Source of the DNA: a phage
Assembly: GCA_031490075.1 (NCBI GenBank)
Contig: GCA_031490075.1_4354.1
Strand: one strand, 5' to 3'
Length of the DNA stretch: 44,632 nucleotides
Part shown: in pieces, positions 1-8,103 of the stretch
Layout of the letters: each line of letters starts with the position of its first letter
Position numbering within the stretch: position 1 is the first letter of the stretch
The notes under the pieces: generated by a model
The model's database searches: none
Seen by the model: the letters and a program-made list of their open reading frames with translations, nothing else
Told to the model about the DNA's origin: nothing
Position numbers and translations under genes: made by a program

Positions 1-10
1 AAAAAAAAAA

Positions 11-34
11 TCCCGGCTGGGTCAGGGCCGGGAT
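11..34 (-). terminator. Rho-independent terminator after the lysis cassette
   Basis: Hairpin TCCCGGC-N9-GCCGGGA preceded on the plus strand by A10, i.e. a U-run after the stem on the minus-strand transcript; lies just past the endolysin stop. Confidence 0.6.
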
Positions 35-98
35 AAAACTGGAGAGCAGAGGGATGGAGCAGGAGGTGATTTAAGTATCGTCGGATTAGTCTTATGTG

Positions 99-587
99 TC
101 AACCTTTCACCGCGCGCCCGATAGCCTCAGCCTCCTGCCACGGTTTACCGTCGAACAGCGCCAGACGACCGGCGGTACGACGACGCAGTCCAAGTATCGG
201 TTTGCCGTTCTGGTTGATGAACAGCGCCAGCTTAGCCCGCAGAGTCGTGACGTCACCAGAACGCAGTGCCTTACCTGTGCCAGTAGTAGCCGCAATCACA
301 CCGGCACCCGCGTTATACACCAGGTCGCACACTGCGTCGAACTGTGCCTGTGTCAATGAATGGTGTGCTGCTGCGTCAACCGCAGCTACGGCCTTAGCCA
401 TATCACGATTCAGTAACAGGAGTCCTTGTCCCGGGGTGATGGTCTGCCCCGCCTTAACATGCGGGCCATAGCTTCCATACCCAATAGTCAGGTACTTCTC
501 ATTCGGTGTAGCGCGATACGCGGTTCCGCGGAATCCCTCGAACGCGGCAGTGAATTTGATGCCATTATCTGAAATGTTTCGAGACAC
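99..587 (-). CDS. Endolysin, GH24 lysozyme (P22 gp19-like)
   Basis: Motifs NGIKF..EGFRGTAY..TIGYG and QAQFDAVCDLVYNAG..LRRRTAGRLALF resemble P22 gp19-type lysozymes. Start refined to GTG at 587 with GGAGGG 7 nt upstream; the longest ORF extends to 638. Confidence 0.8.
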   Translation of the reverse strand: MSRNISDNGIKFTAAFEGFRGTAYRATPNEKYLTIGYGSYGPHVKAGQTITPGQGLLLLNRDMAKAVAAVDAAAHHSLTQAQFDAVCDLVYNAGAGVIAATTGTGKALRSGDVTTLRAKLALFINQNGKPILGLRRRTAGRLALFDGKPWQEAEAIGRAVKG

Positions 588-837
588 GCTTATGCCCTCC
601 GTACGACAGCCACGACTGACGAATCTGTCGCAGCGCAACTAATGTGATTAATGTCTCAGGTAGCGTAGGTGACATGCTGCCCTGTAACAGGTGGATACAT
701 CCGGCGGCGCAGACAATAGCAGTCAGAATATAAAGCACACGCCCGAACAGCCAGTCGTCCACGTGTTCGTTATACACGTTGAACAGGGACGAAGCGCCCA
801 TTGAAAGCATTACGACAAACCAGAATAGCTCAGTCAT
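565..837 (-). CDS. Putative holin (small membrane protein)
   Basis: About 90 aa with two or three hydrophobic helices, immediately upstream of and overlapping the endolysin; ATG at 837 overlaps the stop of the upstream ORF. Confidence 0.5.
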   Translation of the reverse strand: MTELFWFVVMLSMGASSLFNVYNEHVDDWLFGRVLYILTAIVCAAGCIHLLQGSMSPTLPETLITLVALRQIRQSWLSYGGHKRVSKHFR

Positions 838-1138
838 GCGGTCCTCCTGGGCGGGCAATATCGCCGCCCGATACGATGCCAGAAAGGCGGGAATAGATAT
901 GCATCCAGAGAATAGCAATGATGAATCCGAGGCCAGCTATCTCGCGCTCGCCAGTAATACCAAACCATTGAGCGGCAAGAGGTGCGCCGAAAATGGCGCA
1001 CGCGAAGCCGGTGAGAAGAAATACCAGTCCGTCAATCGGCCCGGATATAGACTTTTTATGTTGTCTTAGTCCGACCAATCCACCGACCAGTGCGGCAGCG
1101 AGAAGCCACCCCGTCACTGTTTCAGTAAATTTACCCAA
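830..1138 (-). CDS. Putative holin/antiholin-like membrane protein
   Basis: 102 aa with about three hydrophobic segments; first gene of the lysis cassette. Confidence 0.45.
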   Translation of the reverse strand: MGKFTETVTGWLLAAALVGGLVGLRQHKKSISGPIDGLVFLLTGFACAIFGAPLAAQWFGITGEREIAGLGFIIAILWMHIYSRLSGIVSGGDIARPGGPHD

Positions 1139-1213
1139 GATGAATCCTCCAGGTGCGTATTAAGTATGCAGTAACTGGAGGATACCACGGGTAGGAATTA
1201 TCTTAATAACGGT

Positions 1214-1552
1214 TTATTTATGACGCCAGATGTATTGTCGTCTCTGCGGTTTAGTCGGAATATCATCGTATCCGAGCGATTTCCAGTAATTAAATAACCG
1301 ATTAGCGATTGCCGCGCGTTCCTGTGTTTTAAACTCTCCTAGATTCACGGCCTTTCCGTTCTGGAATCCACAGGCGCGGATAGCTTTACGCCGTTCTTGT
1401 ATCTCTGGGTACAGCACGTTACGGCGACGCTTGTGTATACGTGTCTTCGCTCTCGGTGACAGCGGCGCAAGGCCGCTTCGTTTCAGGATGTCAGTTGCTA
1501 ACGACATCACTCCACCCCCTCCACATGTGTAACCGACCCACAGTTCGCGCAC
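1214..1552 (-). CDS. Hypothetical basic protein
   Basis: ORF in the minus-strand left arm; Lys/Arg-rich; no family recognised. Confidence 0.35.
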   Translation of the reverse strand: MRELWVGYTCGGGGVMSLATDILKRSGLAPLSPRAKTRIHKRRRNVLYPEIQERRKAIRACGFQNGKAVNLGEFKTQERAAIANRLFNYWKSLGYDDIPTKPQRRQYIWRHK

Positions 1553-1695
1553 TCGACGTAATCAGGGTACTGGTCTTTGTATTTCTGTAACTCAGCTTCA
1601 AGTTTCGCGTAATCTTCGTAAAGCACTAACACGCCCTCAACATCAGGAGTAAACCCGAATATCTGGTCGTAGGTATATCTCTGCACCATAATCAC
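1507..1695 (-). CDS. Hypothetical protein
   Basis: ORF whose start overlaps the stop of the upstream ORF (ATGA). Confidence 0.4.
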   Translation of the reverse strand: MIMVQRYTYDQIFGFTPDVEGVLVLYEDYAKLEAELQKYKDQYPDYVECANCGSVTHVEGVE

Positions 1696-1910
1696 TTCTC
1701 CTGTTTACCAAGTCGCTTAGGTGAGCAGATAGCGCGTACCTCTGAATCGATGGGCTTGTTACCCTGAAACAGGAAGTGCGCGTTCTCTGCGGCGCGTGCC
1801 GCTGACTGGCACGCCTCCATTGAGTAAAACGTTTCTGATGCCGCGAGGTGCATCTGGCCCGCGGACAGTACCCAGATAAATAAGATGCTGGTCGTTTCTT
1901 TAACCCACAT
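1692..1910 (-). CDS. Hypothetical protein with hydrophobic N-terminus
   Basis: ORF translationally coupled to 1507..1695. Confidence 0.4.
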   Translation of the reverse strand: MWVKETTSILFIWVLSAGQMHLAASETFYSMEACQSAARAAENAHFLFQGNKPIDSEVRAICSPKRLGKQEK

Positions 1911-2285
1911 TTAATGCACATACATGGAAACCCGACTCCGTAAAATTGCCATTCGTGTTCACGCTGTTTCTCCTTCCACCGTACCCACATCCGCTGAACC
2001 TCTGGTTCAGCGTAGCCATTGTCTTTCCGGAGCCGGGGTGAACCCAAACCGGCTCCGGAACCATATTTCAAACTGCCGCAAAGTAAGTCTCACTTCCTGG
2101 TAACTTGAAGCCGTTTTCAGTTCTCACCACGTTCTACTCCATCCCGCCGTGGTACACAACCATGTCTTCTAAATCCAGGTCTATAATGGTTCCTACTTTG
2201 AAGATGCCTTTAGTCAGTTCACTGTCTCTTTTTGTAACTTTAACTTCTAACATTTCGTTTTCCTCTGTCTCGTCTGTGTAAATGA

Positions 2286-2314
2286 ATAGTAGCCTATTCT
2301 ATCTTAGTGTGCAA
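2286..2314 (-). promoter_or_regulatory. Sigma70-like promoter with embedded palindrome (TTGCAC-N17-TACTAT on minus strand)
   Basis: Read on the minus strand: TTGCAC, 17-bp spacer, TACTAT; contains AATAG-N4-CTATT at 2285-2298. Confidence 0.6.
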
Positions 2315-2408
2315 GTAAATTTTATTGGTGTTTGTATTGTTGCATTTCCTGCAATAGTCGCTTCGATTGTTGCGTTTGGTGGAATAGAACAAAAATGAGA
2401 AAAATGAT

Positions 2409-2428
2409 ACGCTGCTGTGTAGCAGCGT
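2409..2428 (-). terminator. Hairpin terminator (minus strand)
   Basis: ACGCTGCT-GTGT-AGCAGCGT 8-bp stem, followed on the minus strand by a T-run. Confidence 0.5.
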
Positions 2429-2925
2429 AAGTCACTCAGTAAAATCCCAAACTATTGAACATCACACCTCCGGCGGCTCAGGTAACGGCATCCAGTGCGT
2501 TATATCACCGTGATATAAACTCTTTGCAGGCCCCAGTAGCCATCTGAATTAACACGCATAACCTCACAGCCAACAAAACAATCAGTTACAAGAACGTATT
2601 CATAAGGCTCCGGCAGCATCTCACTACACTTAATCCACTCGCCCATAAATCACCCCTTATTCATCACAGCTTGCACACCAGCTTTCCACGCCCGCCACGC
2701 GAGACGTGTCTTAACGTTCAGGTACTCTTTCTTCGAACCCTTATTAACCGGCAGACCCTCGACGACGGCCCACCGTTCGAATGCTTCTCTCATACCAGAA
2801 CCTCGCATTCATCCCGATACACGAACAATAATGACCCTTTGTACTCAACCATAAAACCATAATGGTTGCTGCTGAACGTCAGAAAAACATCACCTACCGA
2901 GATACCGAAATCTATAAGCCTGCGG

Positions 2926-3165
2926 TCAGTTATTCGAATTTTCATTAACGGCAACCTCCCTCAGAGTCGTCGGCACGAGCATCATGATTAGATGCCGTTG
3001 TGTATATACCGGGACTGTGTATCTTCCTGTCTTAATCCACCAGCCATCCTCACAGGAATCCAGTACATTGAAAACATCACCCACATTTACGCCTATGCTT
3101 TCCAGAGTATCGTCGTCGTCTTTTTCGTAGGAAACTGTGTTATCTGTAATTATGATTTGCATCAC
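2926..3165 (-). CDS. Hypothetical protein
   Basis: ORF with acidic stretch; overlaps the next ORF. Confidence 0.4.
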   Translation of the reverse strand: MMQIIITDNTVSYEKDDDDTLESIGVNVGDVFNVLDSCEDGWWIKTGRYTVPVYTQRHLIMMLVPTTLREVAVNENSNN

Positions 3166-3359
3166 TTCGCCCCTTTGAATTTAAAATTGTTGCCGATGAG
3201 TTTTAACTCATTAGCTTCGTAATAAACCGAAGAAGTTAATCCGTCCCGCCTGATATAACGGATGATATAGGACCCTGGGTATACGACAGACTCTTTTCCG
3301 ACAACACCAAAGCCATATGCTGTTTTCACCAACTGACCCTTCTTAAACATAACCATCAC
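3162..3359 (-). CDS. Hypothetical protein
   Basis: ORF directly downstream of the minus-strand promoter at 3385-3413. Confidence 0.45.
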   Translation of the reverse strand: MMVMFKKGQLVKTAYGFGVVGKESVVYPGSYIIRYIRRDGLTSSVYYEANELKLIGNNFKFKGAK

Positions 3360-3384
3360 TCCTCTGTCTCGTTCCGATAAGTGA

Positions 3385-3413
3385 ATAGTATCCTATTATG
3401 TTGGGGTGTGCAA
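3385..3413 (-). promoter_or_regulatory. Sigma70-like promoter with embedded palindrome (TTGCAC-N17-TACTAT on minus strand)
   Basis: Read on the minus strand: TTGCAC, 17-bp spacer, TACTAT; AATAG-N4-CTATT at 3384-3397. The flanking sequence is closely similar to the promoter at 2286-2314. Confidence 0.6.
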
Positions 3414-3577
3414 GATAATAGTTACGTTGCCGTTGTGATTCTTTTGTTTCTTAAAAGAGTACGCAACGCAGTGGGTGGGCGTTAGCCCACCCCAGCGGAG
3501 TGAAGTACTCTCTACCTTGCTCACGGCAACTATAGAAACTTTTAATTATCAGTGACTTGGATATTTAGGCGGGATTA

Positions 3578-3722
3578 ACAATAGACTTTGACCCTTCCGA
3601 AAGCGTCAGCGGAACTACACTCAAGTGCCTAATGGCACGCGTTGCGTTCCCTGCCGCTCCGCGGTCGCTTGCGATATCTCACAAGCTCAGTGAAGCTTAG
3701 CATATTTTCAAGTAAAAGTCAA
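3578..3722 (+). repeat. Copy 1 of a ~145-bp imperfect direct repeat (partner at 36292..36434)
   Basis: Shared blocks cccttccgaa, gcgtcagcg, aactacactca, cgcggtcgcttg, cacaagctcag, catatttt, aaagtcaa in the same order and orientation. Confidence 0.7.
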
Positions 3723-3769
3723 TACCAGTAGCATCTTTTGTATTTTAGTAACTTTGCGTGGTGTTTTGG

Positions 3770-3798
3770 TTGCTTTTACAAAGTTACCGCCTTATACT
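3770..3798 (+). promoter_or_regulatory. Sigma70-like early promoter (TTGCTT-N17-TATACT)
   Basis: Consensus-like hexamers with 17-bp spacing upstream of the first plus-strand gene; no palindrome. Confidence 0.5.
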
Positions 3799-3827
3799 TC
3801 GATACATATTACACAGGAGAGCGCGAG

Positions 3828-3998
3828 ATGACTATCAATGAAGTTGCAGAATTAATCGGCGTCACCCGCCAGACGATCAATAACTGGATTAAGAGTGGAA
3901 AGTTTCCTGATTGCAGCGTTAAAGTAATGGGGCGCCGTTTACCAGGAACATTTGACCGTAATAAAGTTGAAGCGTGGATTAAGGAGAACGTGAAATGA
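3828..3998 (+). CDS. HTH DNA-binding protein (AlpA/excisionase-like fold)
   Basis: MTINEVAELIGVTRQTINNWIKSG is a typical helix-turn-helix; ATG at 3828 with GGAG upstream. The longest ORF starts at 3738 but that would overlap the promoter. Confidence 0.65.
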   Translation: MTINEVAELIGVTRQTINNWIKSGKFPDCSVKVMGRRLPGTFDRNKVEAWIKENVK

Positions 3999-4285
3999 AA
4001 GGTGTAATTTTCCACGATAAAGAAAATGACAGTGCTTATATGGTCTATTTAGTGCAAGGTGAGTATGCGTTGTGTTTTAACGTTTCCTGTAAACTGGACT
4101 CATATTTGCCGTTTTGCGTTACAGAAGAATTGCAGTTGATTAGTCTAAGAAGACTCAGCACAATGTCGGCTTCCATCGATGTCTCCGACCACCTATCCTA
4201 CGTTTATCAGTATTTCGGGGATGAGATTGTCGCAGATTATTACCGTAAGTACGCGCATTTGATGGAATGTCTGGCTAATAGATAA
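3995..4285 (+). CDS. Hypothetical protein
   Basis: ATGA-coupled to the upstream gene. Confidence 0.45.
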   Translation: MKGVIFHDKENDSAYMVYLVQGEYALCFNVSCKLDSYLPFCVTEELQLISLRRLSTMSASIDVSDHLSYVYQYFGDEIVADYYRKYAHLMECLANR

Positions 4286-4342
4286 AAGAAGGCCCCAGCG
4301 TTAGAGCGCCGAGGCCAAATTACTTGCTGAAGGAAATACAAC

Positions 4343-6628
4343 ATGTCCGATGTAATTTTATCCTACTCGTGGTCACGCCGCAACGCGCGGGCGGGAAAAA
4401 AGGATATAAATGTCAGAACCGCACACACGGCAACACTGGACGACCTGAAAGAGTTAATCCAGCCGCTCGATGCCGTTCGCGACGGGATTAACCCTAAGAC
4501 CGCGCCCGGTTATATCACCGCCGCGTGCGACTCAACGCACAGCACCGTAAAAGACCCGGAAACTGGAGACTTTAAGCAAGCGCGTAAAGGTTTTTTCTAC
4601 CGCTGCGATGCGTCTGTAAGCAAATCGTCGCTGGCCTATCTGGATTTCGACAGCACAACACCGGAAGAGTATCAGGAAGCGGTGCGCCTGGTTAAGCGCA
4701 GCCGCCGGGCTATGTGCCTCTATACTACGGCGTCACATACCGATGAGTCTCCGCGCTTTCGCGTCGTCATGCCGCTGGCCCGTCCTGTTGAAGGCGGCGA
4801 CATCATCCGCGTTCGCCATGGATTGTTGGAACACTTCTTCAAAGGCATGGGCGCTGACCGCAGCGGGTTCACTCTTTCACAACCGATGTACCTGCCGCCA
4901 GTTGGCTCTCAGGTTATCTGGTCACGCCGCAATGACCTGGTTAACCCTGACGAGTTACTGGAGGGCATACCGGATTACGAGGTGAGCAGCGCATCGGATT
5001 ACCAGATACCGGAAGAACTGCGCACCGCGTTTACGGATGCGTTCGAGGCACTCGCGTTCGAGTATGGCGGCGTCATGACACCGCGTGGCCTGAAAATGCC
5101 AGCTACGCCGGAACACGCAGAGAACTACAGCGACCCGACCCCGCGCCCGGATGACTTCCTGCTGTGCTTCCCGCGCGAGGGGTATGAAGCGCCTAACGTA
5201 ACCATGATCCACGACACTGACATCACGGCAACCGAAGGCATGTCGCCGAAAGAGGTGTGGAAATACGTGTGCGATGCGACCGGGCTGCCATTCAGTGAAG
5301 TGGCAGAGGCTATCGGATGGGGGGCGCGTGAATCTGTTTCATGCAGCCTCGACGACCTGGAAGACGACGAGGACCCAGAGGAAGATGAGTTACCGGAACC
5401 GGTAAAGGCTGATTTCGTCGTTGAGGGGTACATGCCGTCGGATTGCATCTGGGATATTGTCGGGGAATCTGGCACGTACAAATCGTTCTATACGCTGGGG
5501 ATGATGTACCTTAGCGCCGCCGGATACAGGTTTGCTGGGGCAGATACCCAGCGTTGCCATCACTTCTATATCGACGGTGAGGGTGGCGCCACCACACGAA
5601 CACGTATTGATGCACTCGCGGCTAAATATGGTGAGGAAGGTAAAGATTATGTACATGTCATCGATATGGGCGAAATACTCGCTACGCATGGTGATAAAAA
5701 AATTCCAGCTCTAATCCGCAGGATGCGCGAAACCGCAGTGGATGAACCTATTGGCATGGTTGCCTTCGACACCCTTAACCAGACGCTGGCCCTGACGATT
5801 GATAAGTTCGACGAGAACAGTTCATCAACGGCAATCGGTATGGGTAAAGTTATCGCCATCCTGAAAGAAGTGCGCGATGCAACTAAAGCCGCTGTCGGTG
5901 TCGTTCACCATACTCCGAAGGGCGGAAAGAAAGCCCGCGGCAGTGGAGCATTGTATGCGGGTGTCGACGTGGAACTGACAATCGAACGCGCTACCGACCG
6001 TCAGATAAACGTATACCACTCTAAATTTAAGCACGGGCCTCAGCAGAAGACGGTTGGCATGGTGCTGGAGTCGGTACAGTTCCGTGAAGCGCCGCCGCCT
6101 AAAGAATACCGAGCGGTTGAGTTCCTGGGTAGCACAGAGGAATACGGCACAATCGTAAACCTGGACCTGCCTGAACCACACAAGGCGCTTGTGTTGATGC
6201 CGTGGGGTTTCGAGCCGTTCAAAACTGACGAGGAGAAAGAGCGGGAAGAAGGGTTGACGAAAGAAGGTAAAGAAAATGTACGTAAAACCGTAGAGAACGC
6301 CGTCAACAGTTCGGAGGCCACGATACTCGCGGCGTTTGAACTGGCGGAAGGAACCTACAACGGCAACGAAGGCATCACAGTCGCCGCGGCGAATAAGCTC
6401 GCACAGTCAGACCCCAACGCAAAGGAGTTTAACTCCAAAGAAGCCATAGAACGCGGGAAGATTAAGAAAATGGTTGAGGCTGGGTATCTTGTTCCGGGTA
6501 CTGACGAAAACAATCAGATAATCCCAGGCCGTTACAGACTGAACACCATGATAACAGATAACAAGATTCCGAAGACAATATACGAACCGAATGAAATGCT
6601 GACAGTGACCGAGGAGGATTTGGAATGA
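4343..6628 (+). CDS. Replication protein with RecA-like ATPase domain (putative primase/helicase)
   Basis: 761 aa; Walker A-like GESGTYKS and downstream Walker B-like acidic motif in the C-terminal half; N-terminal domain of primase-like size; position in the replication module. Confidence 0.6.
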   Translation: MSDVILSYSWSRRNARAGKKDINVRTAHTATLDDLKELIQPLDAVRDGINPKTAPGYITAACDSTHSTVKDPETGDFKQARKGFFYRCDASVSKSSLAYLDFDSTTPEEYQEAVRLVKRSRRAMCLYTTASHTDESPRFRVVMPLARPVEGGDIIRVRHGLLEHFFKGMGADRSGFTLSQPMYLPPVGSQVIWSRRNDLVNPDELLEGIPDYEVSSASDYQIPEELRTAFTDAFEALAFEYGGVMTPRGLKMPATPEHAENYSDPTPRPDDFLLCFPREGYEAPNVTMIHDTDITATEGMSPKEVWKYVCDATGLPFSEVAEAIGWGARESVSCSLDDLEDDEDPEEDELPEPVKADFVVEGYMPSDCIWDIVGESGTYKSFYTLGMMYLSAAGYRFAGADTQRCHHFYIDGEGGATTRTRIDALAAKYGEEGKDYVHVIDMGEILATHGDKKIPALIRRMRETAVDEPIGMVAFDTLNQTLALTIDKFDENSSSTAIGMGKVIAILKEVRDATKAAVGVVHHTPKGGKKARGSGALYAGVDVELTIERATDRQINVYHSKFKHGPQQKTVGMVLESVQFREAPPPKEYRAVEFLGSTEEYGTIVNLDLPEPHKALVLMPWGFEPFKTDEEKEREEGLTKEGKENVRKTVENAVNSSEATILAAFELAEGTYNGNEGITVAAANKLAQSDPNAKEFNSKEAIERGKIKKMVEAGYLVPGTDENNQIIPGRYRLNTMITDNKIPKTIYEPNEMLTVTEEDLE

Positions 6629-6939
6629 ATATTTACGATTTTATAGATAACCCGTTTAAAGCAGTGAAGGCAGGATACCGCCCGTCATACCTGACATGTG
6701 TTTCCGCTGTAAGCAACAACTGGTGGACTTTTTGTGTGTATGCAGCGGGGATTTTTGCGGAGTTTAAAGACATTTTAGACATGACGCTGGCAGAGATTAT
6801 AAAGTGCCTTTTCAAATTAATTATATCGATAACTATTGTTATAAGTTTTCCTGTAAGTGCGTGGTTTCTCGCCTGGATTCAGTACCTGAACGTGCAACAC
6901 ACTATTAAGAATTTGGAAGAACTCGATAAGTTGCTATAA
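6625..6939 (+). CDS. Small membrane protein
   Basis: ATGA-coupled to the upstream gene; hydrophobic segments; AT-rich codon usage unlike its neighbours. Confidence 0.45.
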   Translation: MNIYDFIDNPFKAVKAGYRPSYLTCVSAVSNNWWTFCVYAAGIFAEFKDILDMTLAEIIKCLFKLIISITIVISFPVSAWFLAWIQYLNVQHTIKNLEELDKLL

Positions 6940-6944
6940 AAAGA

Positions 6945-6963
6945 AAGGGGCTTTAAGCCCCTT
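6945..6963 (-). terminator. Hairpin terminator, probably bidirectional
   Basis: AAGGGGCT-TTA-AGCCCCTT with a T-run on the minus strand; sits between the convergent genes 6625..6939 and 6953..7168. Confidence 0.5.
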
Positions 6964-7168
6964 CACCTAACGCCAGCCACTTGGCGTCTACTTCCAGAAC
7001 TTCCGCCAGTTTGAACAGCGTTGCCGGGCGGACGTCCTGAGTTACTCCAAGTGCCAGTTGGTTAATCGCGCCCTGGGAAACGCCGGTCAGGGCCGCCAAA
7101 CGGCGCTGGGAGATGCCGAGTTCTTTACGGCGTTGTTCTACACGGATACCTAGTTCAGATGGTTGCAT
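6953..7168 (-). CDS. XRE-family HTH transcriptional regulator (Cro/CI-like)
   Basis: GISQRRLAALTGVSQGAINQLALG is a canonical HTH_3 motif; 71 aa; divergently transcribed from the early operon. Confidence 0.8.
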   Translation of the reverse strand: MQPSELGIRVEQRRKELGISQRRLAALTGVSQGAINQLALGVTQDVRPATLFKLAEVLEVDAKWLALGEGA

Positions 7169-7198
7169 GTCAATTACTCCTTAGTCAGTTGATATGTG

Positions 7199-7228
7199 AA
7201 TAGTACCATATTAATTATTTTAGAAAAG
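7199..7228 (-). promoter_or_regulatory. Putative promoter of the XRE regulator gene with imperfect palindrome
   Basis: Minus-strand -10 TACTAT with weak -35; imperfect site AATAG-N4-ATATT at 7199-7212. Confidence 0.35.
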
Positions 7229-7232
7229 CCCA

Positions 7233-7261
7233 TTGACATGTGAATAGTTCGCTATTATAGT
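7233..7261 (+). promoter_or_regulatory. Sigma70-like promoter with embedded palindrome (TTGACA-N17-TATAGT)
   Basis: TTGACA, 17-bp spacer, TATAGT; spacer contains AATAG-N4-CTATT (7243-7256). Confidence 0.65.
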
Positions 7262-7289
7262 TAGCCCATACCAAACGAGAGGGGCGGAT

Positions 7290-7517
7290 ATGAACACAAT
7301 AACGGGAGCCATAGCTAAAGGTTTTCTAGCAATTTTCGGAGAATCGCAGGAAGTGTGCACAAAACATAAATTTGTACTTTCTTGCGTAGTCGGGGACGAG
7401 TTTGATGGGTTCGATAAACTTGTTGTCTGCGACCATTGCGGGCAAGAAGCTATTCAACACCCAAACGGTAAATTTGAATTAATAGACGATAGCCTTACAG
7501 AAGGCGACGGCGAGTAA
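7290..7517 (+). CDS. Hypothetical Cys-containing small protein
   Basis: GAGG upstream of ATG; CxxxxxxxC and CDHC suggest possible metal binding. Confidence 0.45.
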   Translation: MNTITGAIAKGFLAIFGESQEVCTKHKFVLSCVVGDEFDGFDKLVVCDHCGQEAIQHPNGKFELIDDSLTEGDGE

Positions 7518-7541
7518 CCCAAATAAACAGGAGAATAAATA

Positions 7542-8051
7542 ATGTTAGAGAAATTCTTAGTATTACTGGAACGTTTCGTAGTTGCGCATGAACTGATTGC
7601 TGCGAACAGTGCACGCCGTACTGAACTGCCGAAGGCTATCACGGCGCCATATGGTAAAGACGTCGACAGTGGTGTCGCAGAAACTGCAACAATCACGCCT
7701 ACTGTTGTAAAAGAAGAAACAAAAGAAATCCCGGTCGAGGGTGAAGACGTAGTTGACACTAAACCGGCGGAGGAAGATAAGCCAAAACGCAAGCCGCGTA
7801 AAGCTAAAGTAGAGGAACCTGCGCCAGAACCGGAAGAAGAGAAAGAAGAAGTCGATTACAAGTCTCTGCGTGACCAGATTCAGGCCATCGACGATGCAAT
7901 TAATGAAGGTCCTAGCGATGCCGCGTGCGATGATTCTGATGAACTGCTGGAAGAGTTCACAGGTAAGAAGATGAAGATTGCCGCGATTAAAGACGAAGAC
8001 CTGGTTGAGTACCTGGAACGCCTGACAGCAATCAAGAACAAGTATTTCTAA
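7542..8051 (+). CDS. Highly acidic hypothetical protein
   Basis: AGGAG upstream; long Glu/Asp/Lys-rich low-complexity region. Confidence 0.5.
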   Translation: MLEKFLVLLERFVVAHELIAANSARRTELPKAITAPYGKDVDSGVAETATITPTVVKEETKEIPVEGEDVVDTKPAEEDKPKRKPRKAKVEEPAPEPEEEKEEVDYKSLRDQIQAIDDAINEGPSDAACDDSDELLEEFTGKKMKIAAIKDEDLVEYLERLTAIKNKYF

Positions 8052-8067
8052 GAAGAATAACTATCTC

Positions 8068-8090
8068 GCGGCCTTCGGGCCGCTTTAACT
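8068..8090 (+). terminator. Hairpin terminator
   Basis: GCGGCC-TTCG-GGCCGC followed by TTTAACT. Confidence 0.45.
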
Positions 8091-8103
8091 GAGGGTCGGA
8101 ATT

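Noticed and set aside
1-10. Poly-A run at the window start as a sequencing or assembly artefact
   Set aside because: It is immediately followed by a GC-rich hairpin and fits as the U-run of a minus-strand terminator; an artefact cannot be excluded without reads.
94-471. Plus-strand ORFs (94..471, 96..359) opposite the endolysin
   Set aside because: Antisense to a gene with clear GH24 lysozyme motifs; composition looks like mirror-frame artefact.
1643-2071. 142-aa Arg-rich ORF on the minus strand
   Set aside because: Overlaps two translationally coupled ORFs (1507..1695, 1692..1910) in another frame, has unusual composition and covers a hairpin-rich stretch; probably not a real gene over its full length.
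3473-3492. GC-rich hairpin GGGTGGGC-GTTA-GCCCACCC as a terminator
   Set aside because: No adjacent T-run on either strand; kept only as a possible structural element between divergent units.
6953-7168. Temperate lifestyle inferred from the Cro/CI-like regulator
   Set aside because: No integrase, excision or partition genes were recognised in the window; an XRE regulator alone is insufficient.
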